From assembly GCF_902459465.1 (NCBI RefSeq), contig NC_047079.1, positions 12,152,001 to 12,216,000 on the forward strand: 64,000 nt of DNA, given 5' to 3'. The notes under the pieces are model-generated. The model had not been told where the DNA came from, searched no databases, and saw only the letters and a list, made by a program, of their open reading frames with translations. Within the stretch, counting starts at the first letter, position 1, and each line of letters opens with the position of its first letter. Of the stretch, positions 47,733 to 56,322 are shown in pieces. Source of the DNA: Asterias rubens. Taxonomy: Eukaryota. Both the position numbers and the translations under genes were made by a program.

Positions 47733-49493
47733 TCACATAACACTTGCGTACGTCACTGCATCAGAAGACGAAGGAGAAGGGAGTCCGCCATCTTGAATCT
47801 CATCTGATTGCAAATCCAAATCAGCGTAGACAATGTGATCTGGGTTGCCATGGGTACTCTGCTGCCTCATGGGACGAGAGACCTGGGTATAAGTAGGATC
47901 ACTGGGTGCTGGGTGGGCTTCCTCCTGGGTAGAGGGATCGGCTTCTGGGTGCATTGGGATTGACACTGGGTGTATTTGGGATGGAGCCATCTGGTTGTCA
48001 CTGTGAGTGAGGGGGTTGTTACGCTGTGCTGATTTAGGCTGATAGGGTTTAGGCTTGGGGGGTTTTGACCGCGAAGATGGAATTGGTTTGACAGTTGCCG
48101 TCGGTTTGGGGGATGTGAGTAACCCGTCACGAGAGGGCCTTGTTGTTACATCAGAGGCATTAAAAACAGCGTAACGCTGATCGTGGTCAGTGGTTGGTTC
48201 CAATGACTGGTCTGGTTGCTGCCTCAGCGACTCATGAGCAGTAGGGTGAGCTTGGTGTGGTTTAGCGTATATTAAACTCGGATCAGTCGCCTGTGCTCTT
48301 TGTGCCGGCATTGTGCCGGACGCGCCCACGTCGTGGTACTGAGTGCTTAAATACATGTTATTGTTCTGTAATCCTTGTAATGTATCACGACCTCCGTATT
48401 CACTGGGACTGATCCGAGTATTGTCAAGTCTACTAAGATTTAGTTCAGTGTTTGTTTGGCTGTTGGACTGTACCGGTTTGGGATTTGAGGTTGCGAGGTG
48501 ACGTTTACGGCAAGTTACGATCAGGATAATGGTGAGAAGAAGTGCTACGACTGCAGCGGAGACTATACCAGCGATGACTGCATGACTGAATGAAGATGAT
48601 ACTAAAGTAGAGGTATCGTTGAACGGAGTGGACGGTGTTTCAGATGGTTTGATGGAAGAAGTAGGCATTGGTGTTGGGTTTCCCATCTTGGTTGATGGCA
48701 TTGAAGACGCAGTCATACATGGTGTTCTAGTGGGAGTGGGGTCTGGTGCGGAGGGAGTTATTGTTATTGGTCCAATGGTACAAGATCGTTCCATATTGGG
48801 GAAATTGACTGAAGTAATGGTGCATGTGAATGCAATACAGTTATCATCTTCGTCAGCTTTCAAACTAGATCTCCTGATGAGTGTATCGGTGTCTTCAATA
48901 ACTTGTGATGTCCATGGAGTGTATCTAGCAGTATAAAACGAGTGACTGACTATTGCTGTGACTGCCCGATGATTGCTCTCAGATGTACACTTCATATTCA
49001 ACACTGTTCCATTGTTTAATGTAATGGGTCCAGCTGGGAAGCAGATAGGGAAGAATGCATTGGGGCAGTATAAAACTGAAAGTGTTACACTGGATGAGGC
49101 TATAGTGTTGTACGCTCCATCTGTTGTGGGGTCATTGACTTTGCAGACATACCGATTGGAATCTTCCCTCTGCACATTGATGATGGTAAAGTTTTGAACT
49201 GTCCTCCCAGTTGTCATATCTTCCTGTGTACTAAACATGAATCGTGACTCCGCGGTTACATTTACATCTCCCAATCTCAAGACACGGTCTGGGTTTGTTA
49301 GGCTCCATGAGACAATGTGATCCGACTGGAGGTTCATAGCGGTGCACCTCATATCAACCTGCCCGCCCTCCTTACGATCAGCCTCTGGTGTTAAGATCTC
49401 AGCAGACACGTATGGTTGAGCAGTGACAACCATCAGGAGTCCGCCTGCATCAAGTGAACACCAAACACACACCAGCAACACGTACATAGACAT
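47733..49493 (-). CDS. Ig receptor B3: inhibitory-type, ~586 aa, two ITIMs
   Basis: The first ATG is mutated to ATT (49503-49505), so the start is placed at the second Met (MSMYVLL). IVYADL and VTYASV are present; the stop falls one residue after the last ITIM. Confidence 0.88.
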   Translation of the reverse strand: MSMYVLLVCVWCSLDAGGLLMVVTAQPYVSAEILTPEADRKEGGQVDMRCTAMNLQSDHIVSWSLTNPDRVLRLGDVNVTAESRFMFSTQEDMTTGRTVQNFTIINVQREDSNRYVCKVNDPTTDGAYNTIASSSVTLSVLYCPNAFFPICFPAGPITLNNGTVLNMKCTSESNHRAVTAIVSHSFYTARYTPWTSQVIEDTDTLIRRSSLKADEDDNCIAFTCTITSVNFPNMERSCTIGPITITPSAPDPTPTRTPCMTASSMPSTKMGNPTPMPTSSIKPSETPSTPFNDTSTLVSSSFSHAVIAGIVSAAVVALLLTIILIVTCRKRHLATSNPKPVQSNSQTNTELNLSRLDNTRISPSEYGGRDTLQGLQNNNMYLSTQYHDVGASGTMPAQRAQATDPSLIYAKPHQAHPTAHESLRQQPDQSLEPTTDHDQRYAVFNASDVTTRPSRDGLLTSPKPTATVKPIPSSRSKPPKPKPYQPKSAQRNNPLTHSDNQMAPSQIHPVSIPMHPEADPSTQEEAHPAPSDPTYTQVSRPMRQQSTHGNPDHIVYADLDLQSDEIQDGGLPSPSSSDAVTYASVM

Positions 49494-49810
49494 CCTTCCA
49501 TCAATTGTATTGAATCTGATTCCTTGAAGTTGTTTGATAAGAAGTTGGATGAGGATAGGGTTGGATGAAATAGCATGAGCAGACACACAGCTTGTAGGAA
49601 AGTATTGAGTAATATTGAATGTGCATGCACTTAAATACCAAGTTTTATATGTATGTACTTCCGTGTAATAAGCATCACACACCAGTGAACTTTGTCAATG
49701 ATATGAACTTTTAGAGTTATGTTTTTCAATGAGGGTCATAATTTCACAGGTAACTTGAACCCGGATTGTACTGCCACACGTAGTAGTGACGATTTACATA
49801 TAATTTACCT

Positions 49811-50055
49811 TTAAGGCACTGGACACTTTTGGTAATTACTCAAAACTATTAAAGCTGAATCATTTCATTATGCATCAGAAAGCACACAAAGTATTATGAA
49901 ACAAGGATGTTTTGTCTTTCCTTATTCTCTTGCAAATTCGATGACCAATTGAACCCAAATTTTCACAGGTTTGTTATTTTATGCAAATATTGAGATACAC
50001 CAAGTGAGAAGACCGGTCTTTATTGACAATTACAAAAGGTGTCCGTTGCCTTTAA
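49811..50055. mobile_element. MITE family 1, internally deleted
   Basis: ttaaggcactggacactt ... aggtgtccgttgcctttaa. Confidence 0.7.
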
Positions 50056-51251
50056 TATGCTCCTGGCTGGTTTCGGCCCTAAAGTTTTGAACTCTGGGGT
50101 GAATATTGGGTGAGGGCTGTGTTAATAATGTAGAATGTTTGTTGCCTGTACTTGACTGCGAAGTTAAACTTGGGTGTGTGTCTGCACGCTTCAAGCATGC
50201 ACTAAGGAACTTCAGTCATAACTTTAACAGTTTACTGGCGTGATATATAGGCAGAAGACGTTCAAAAACGTGAATATACACAACGAAACAAAGTGTTAAC
50301 GTTATCCTGTGATTCTTTTCTGAAACGCATAGTGTAAGTCAACAGGAAACGACAGAAAGAATTCGAGATTTAATTTGAATCGAAATACTAATAGGAAGTT
50401 GATTTGTTTGTACACGGGGTGGCTGGAATATGCTTAACCACCACGATATTTTGATTGTTTCAGGTAAATTATTGTCCATTTTTAAAAGTATCCAATGAAT
50501 GTTGTTACAGAGTGTGAGTTTCCAGCAAGTCTCATTAACTAGCTTATAGATTGACATAATATTAGTGTTTACAATCTCGCAGATCCTTCGTGTTTATTAT
50601 TTTACTTCTGTCTTTACGTGAGCCTTTACGCCTTGACAATGTAACCACACTGGATGTGTGAGAAGACTGGTCTTTGACAATTACCAAAGGTGTTCAGTGT
50701 CGTTAAAACGTGAGAATTTAACAACACAATATCCTGACGTTCACGTTCACGTATTTTGCTCACGCAACGTGCAGCTAAGCCTCCCTATTGTGTACAACGT
50801 GTGTTCAAGTAAGGTTACGTTTAGTGTTCGTCTCATGAAATATGTCACGTCTCATATCCATAGGGAGTTCCTTCATTAGCATCGATAGGATATCCGTTGG
50901 AAAACAATATATCTGTATCATAAAAAAAACAAAATAAACAAATAAGATCAATGACTGTGATTCTTACAAGATGAGGTATGTTGGTTTTTGTTTGCCTGAA
51001 GACGAGCAGCGTATACTAGTTGAAACGTCGAGACCAAAACGGCTCTTTTCGGAGCCAACACTCCCTCAAAAGAGATTTTACCCATGGTTCTACCCGCCAG
51101 TTTACCATTTATATTTATACTTATATCGAACAAACAAGGACAAGGTAACCGGTAGTGTGGCGGCACTCTTTGCTTAGCAATTAAAATTGATACAAAGTTA
51201 AGATCAATCGTAGTGCTTTGTGAAATCGAACAGCACGGGAATCTAGCGGGA

Positions 51252-51280
51252 CCCGCGCGTAGCGCGGGTTTTCGCGCTAG
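51252..51280 (+). mobile_element. Helitron-type 3' terminus
   Basis: GC hairpin cccgcgc-gta-gcgcggg, 8 nt spacer, then CTAG followed by T. This is the canonical Helitron 3' signature; the 5' end was not identified. Confidence 0.5.
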
Positions 51281-52450
51281 TATTTATAGTTACTCTTTTT
51301 CATAACATTGTTTGTGCTTGATGTTCACAAGTTAACATAAATTATGATTGACGATGGCTCGTATTTTTATGTGTTGTAAATCTTAGCTCTCAAGCAATAG
51401 TGTGAAAACGCAAACATGATTTCAGCAACATTCAGGCCATCATTAAACCTGTCTGACAGTAAGGTTCCTAACTTGGGTTTACTTCGGGTGCTAATAATGC
51501 ATCACGTACCAATGAACTCCATCATCTTATACCATGTTATTAAGCAATAAGACCTGTGCCTTGTAGCCTAAGACATATAACACAACTAGACAAGTTACAA
51601 TTCAAATCATGTTTCATTTCCTTCAAATCTATAGACCAAAAATACAATTTATTTTTTACAATTCGTAGCCTATCTTTCTGAAAGTTTGTATATACTCAGC
51701 GTCTTGAGTACCTTGTTTGGTAGATACGTGCGCTAGATAGGACTTCGATATTATTATTATTATTATTATTTATAGTTTAATAGCGTATAATGTACACGTA
51801 AATCCAAGGTATTGTATCAGCACCCCCACAGGCCCCACCTACATTACTAACATAATTTTACTGTTTTAATGATTAAGGTAATAATCAGTAAGACATTTTT
51901 AACAAAAAAATACTCGTTTATACCACTAAGGACGGGTTTTGGAAATAACACATTATCGTGGGCATCATTTTTTCGACTCTATCGAAAGTGACAATCATTT
52001 GTAAACATGATTAAATACAAAAAAACATACAAGCATTAATAAATACAAAAGTAATAGCATAAGGAAACATCAAAAATAAGAAAACGCACTGCTCTTATTA
52101 GCTAAACAGTGATCAAAATTTAATCACGAGAGGGCGCTGTGAGATATGACAAAAACACAACTTCGCAAAAAGATTTTACTAGCGTAAAGACGTACAATAA
52201 TGTACACGATCTACATGTACATACATGACAAACTAGTCTAGAACACAAGCCATATGCCTTCAATCAAGTACCATGTTCATGCAATTCTAGTTCATGGTGC
52301 ATTTGTGAATTCCTAATCCGTCAGCGGATTTTATGCAGTCAGCCAAGTCATTGTAATAAATTTATAAATAGGACAAAAATAACCATGTACATTGTTATTA
52401 TGATGCGTACAACTAAATAGAATGATATTCTGATGTGGGCGGTATTTTCT

Positions 52451-52610
52451 ATGGGTGCGTTCGTTTAGCTTCCCTGGGTCGACCCCGGTGTGTGGCGATT
52501 TTTTTTTCTCCAGGACGAACGTAGGTAATTATTTGCCCACGTTCGTCATTGAAAAAAAAAACCCGCCACACACCGGGGTCGACCCAGGGAAGCTAAACGA
52601 ACGCAACCTA
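52451..52610. mobile_element. Foldback MITE (gggtgcgttcg TIR family)
   Basis: gtgcgttcgtttagcttccctgggtcgaccccggtgtgtggcg and its reverse complement. Confidence 0.75.
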
Positions 52611-52785
52611 TAAGAAACAATTGCAACGTTGTGACGTCATACATGGCTGTTTTCGAAGCTACGGCTTGGGCTTCAGAATAGAGATGTGGTTATCGCCCGG
52701 CTGTTTGAAGAGCCCTGCACAGCCAGAGCCTTAAACAGAGCCCAAAGCCAAAACCGTAGTTTCGAGAAGGGACTCTGTACCATGC

Positions 52786-53166
52786 TTAAAGGCAGTGGAC
52801 CCTATTGGTAATTACTCAAAGTAATTATTAGCATAAAACCTTACTTAGTAACGAGTAATGGGGAGAGGTTGATAGTATACAACATTCTGAGAAACGGCTC
52901 CCTCTGAAGTGCCATAGTTTTTGAGAAAAAAAGTAATTTTCCACGAATTTGATTTCGAGACCTCAGATTTAGAATTTTGAGGTCTCGAAATCAAGCATCT
53001 GAAAGCACACAAATTTGTGTCACAAGGGTGTTTTTTCATTCATAGTTATCTCGCAACTTCGAAGACCAATTGAGCTCAAACTTTCACAGGTTTGTTTATT
53101 TTATGCATACGTTGAGATACACCAAGACTGGTCTTTGACAATTACCAATAGTGTCCACTGTCTTTA
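52786..53166. mobile_element. MITE family 1
   Basis: ttaaaggcagtggaccctattggtaatt ... aattaccaatagtgtccactgtcttta. Confidence 0.8.
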
Positions 53167-53963
53167 GGTGTGTCCAGTGTACTGATGCTAATGCAATCTT
53201 GTACTGAAAGTTTGTACATAAATGTGAATGTCACTACAATGAAAAGCTTTATACGGTTGAGTGCCTCCGCCCAGTCGCGATAGAGCACACACTTATGCAA
53301 TAGCCATGTAGACTTGTATTAGGCGTCTCATCATTTTTTGACGCAACAGGTAGTCCTTGTTATCATTTTAGACTTGTGTTATGCGTCTCATCATTTTTGA
53401 CGCTACAGTAAGGACAGTCCTTGTTTCACACCACGCTATGAGCCATTTAGGAGGAACTAGTAACGAGTCTAACACATGTCTAAGGAACGACTCAACTTTC
53501 TGAAATTGTCTATTATAACCCTCATGGATTTAAATTTACAAAATGTACACATTGTTTATACGGTGTGCATAGCACGTTCTAAAATGAACATAACTTGACA
53601 ACTGAAATTAAATAGCTTTAAAGCCTGTTATAGTATGCTACATTTGGATATAAGACGCGTGAGCTGTTTTTGGTTTTAAATTAAACTTTGTCAAATACCT
53701 CTTGCTTATAATATCTCAGAGTGCAAATAATGAAAACGCGCACGTGTGAGACGCGCCATGCGTATTCCTGGCCATTGAGATGGCCAAAGGTCTAGTACAG
53801 TATTAGCCTTTTTAAGATATGGTGGACAGTATACGAGTGCACTGTTTGGTTTGGGTGTATACTGGCAAATTCACCAAACCTGTTATTATAGTAATGTTTC
53901 CATCAAAATGTCAAAATTGCGTTTGGTTACACAATGCATATTCAAGTCTAATTCAAGTGCAAT

Positions 53964-54187
53964 GGGTGCGTTCGATTAGCTTCCCTGGCTCGACCCCAGT
54001 CTGCCCCCGGTACGTTCGAATAGCTTTGACGGCATTCCAGGGGCACACCCGGGTCAACCCCCAAGTGCCCTGCTTGTGGAACATGTAACCTGGGGCTGGC
54101 CCGCGGTGCACAACTACACCACGAATGTCAGGGGCTCACCGGAGTGAGCAGGGGTCGACCCAGGGGGAAGCTAATCGAATGCACACT
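53964..54187. mobile_element. Foldback MITE (gggtgcgttcg TIR family) just 3' of the B4 stop
   Basis: gtgcgttcgattagcttccc.. / ..gggaagctaatcgaatgcac. Confidence 0.7.
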
Positions 54188-54205
54188 TTATAACCGTGTT
54201 GATGT

Positions 54206-55837
54206 TTACGTTGTCGTAACAGTTGCGTACACTACTTGACCATCATCGGCTGGTGACGGCTTTGAGATGTCTGCCCTTGTGTCTGCTTGCAAATCCAAAT
54301 CAGCGTAGACAATACCATCTTGGTTGTCATGACTACTAGGCTGCCTCTTGGGTACACTAGAGACTTCAGCATAAGTTGGGTCGTCGGGCAAGATGGTTTC
54401 GTCTTGGGGAACGGTGGGGGATTGGAAAGGCATAAGGTTCTCTTGGTGGTTCAGATTATTGTCAGGAATCTTATGGCTTGATTTGGGCTTATAAGGCTGA
54501 GGTTTTTTAGGTGGTTTGGCCGCCATTGGTTTAACCGTTGCTACTGGTTTACCAGTAGATGCATAGGAGTGGTCTTTGGCTGGTGACGTCACGATATCTT
54601 GATCAAACACAGGGTTATCGTAAGTCTGCTCTGTCGAGATGGGTTGCCTCATCACAGCTGGTGAATTATCCATGTTCGATTTGACTTTATTAGGCTGAGC
54701 GTATATTGGACCTGTTTGTATGTTGGATTCTGAATGTCTTGGTGATGCGGTACGTCGTGGTGATGCAGGATTTGCATCGCGAGTGGTCTGAGATGTAGTC
54801 TGGATCGACTCAAGTCCAGCGTATTCGTTGAAGCTTTGACGGGGGATCTCGGTCGATTCCTCGGGGTTTGATTGACCCGCGCCTAGCTTGGTATCCTTCG
54901 GAAACAGAGCACACTTGAAGAGGCCTCGTCTTAGGCAAATGATTATTAGGATCGTGATGAGTAGAATAGCAGCTACGCCCCCAACGGCTGCCCCTATGAT
55001 CACCGCTAAGTTACTGCTTGGTGTGTTTGGCACAGTCGTAATAGACGTTGTGGATGTTATCATGTTTGTAGTCTCTACACTTCCTATAGTTGTTGCAGTT
55101 TCAGCGACGTTAATGGGCCCGATTGTACAAGAAGCTTTCATTGAAGGGAAATAGAACAGAGATGTAACGGTACAATCAAATGTGATGTTATCTACTGGGG
55201 CATTTACCAATAACATCAATGATGACTCAATCGTGCTCGATCCAACGGTTGATGATGCCCATGTATAGCTATTTGACTGAGCTGGGACTTGGGTTACCGC
55301 TACTGCTACTAATGGATTGCCAATCTCACTTGAGCATTTCAGGTATAAATTCGTTCCTTCATCAACTGTCAGAGGTCCTGCAGGGAAACATTCAGGGAAA
55401 GACGGGCTTGGGAAATATAACACTGAAAGTGTTACCCTTGATGAAGCCACGGCGTTGCTGCCTCCAGTCGAAATTGGTTGGTAGACAGTACACACATATT
55501 CATCAGTATCACTCCTCTGCACATTCATTATAGTAAAATCCTGAACGGTTGAAATGCTGGTATACCGTGTATTAAACACAAACCTTGACTGTGTAGTAAT
55601 TCTAGTCGCACCCCATATTAAGACTTTCTCAGGGTCCTCAGTCCTCCATGCTACGATGTCACCTGCCCCGAGGTTCGTAGCGGTACACGTCATGTCAACC
55701 TGCCCACCCTCCTTACGATTAGCCTCTGATGTTAAGATCACCGCACCCACTGTTGGTTGAAGTTGTGCAGTGACAACCATCAGGAGTCCGCCTGCATTAA
55801 GTGAACACAACAGCAAAATCAACATCATTCGATCCAT
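54206..55837 (-). CDS. Ig receptor B4: divergent inhibitory-type paralog, 543 aa, two ITIMs
   Basis: MDRMMLILLLCSL signal; V domain ..FTIMNVQRSDTDEYVC; TM with GxxxG (GAAVG); PTYAEV, IVYADL and VVYATV. Confidence 0.92.
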   Translation of the reverse strand: MDRMMLILLLCSLNAGGLLMVVTAQLQPTVGAVILTSEANRKEGGQVDMTCTATNLGAGDIVAWRTEDPEKVLIWGATRITTQSRFVFNTRYTSISTVQDFTIMNVQRSDTDEYVCTVYQPISTGGSNAVASSRVTLSVLYFPSPSFPECFPAGPLTVDEGTNLYLKCSSEIGNPLVAVAVTQVPAQSNSYTWASSTVGSSTIESSLMLLVNAPVDNITFDCTVTSLFYFPSMKASCTIGPINVAETATTIGSVETTNMITSTTSITTVPNTPSSNLAVIIGAAVGGVAAILLITILIIICLRRGLFKCALFPKDTKLGAGQSNPEESTEIPRQSFNEYAGLESIQTTSQTTRDANPASPRRTASPRHSESNIQTGPIYAQPNKVKSNMDNSPAVMRQPISTEQTYDNPVFDQDIVTSPAKDHSYASTGKPVATVKPMAAKPPKKPQPYKPKSSHKIPDNNLNHQENLMPFQSPTVPQDETILPDDPTYAEVSSVPKRQPSSHDNQDGIVYADLDLQADTRADISKPSPADDGQVVYATVTTT

Positions 55838-56322
55838 CTTATGTCTTTCGTTAGATATACTTTGAAGACACCCACAAGTTGATATGGAAAGGTTTGCGGT
55901 ATAAACACCATGTAATGACTATCTCTCTATGAGATGGGTGGTTCTGTAACGAACCGTTGGTTTCAACTCGACTTTTCGATCTGTAATTGCTCTGATCGTC
56001 TTCTGGTGAAAGTTTGTTGATTTGACAACTTGGCAGATAGAACCATGATAGAACTAAAGACAAATACCACCGGTGTACATTCCGCGTGTGCTCGCTGATT
56101 AGTGATAGTGGTAATATATGTCCTAGCCGATCACCAGTACACCACACACCAATGGGTTTCAACAATAAGATCAACACCAATGTTTGCTTTAATAGTTATT
56201 CAGGGAAGTTCCTGCTTCGAGGGTCATCTTGTATGAATACGTCACAGTTGAACGGAAACCAGATTACGCCATACAGAAAGTACATACAGCTGACCAAGGC
56301 AGCCTGTTGGGCCTTTTATGGT

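Larger units (their letters stand above)
37990..49810. repeat. Three ~4-kb tandem segmental units, each carrying one B gene
   Basis: Shared anchor actgctccatttttgttttgacaagaacaa at ~37992, 42177 and 46099; shared MITEs and leaders at equivalent positions. Confidence 0.88.
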
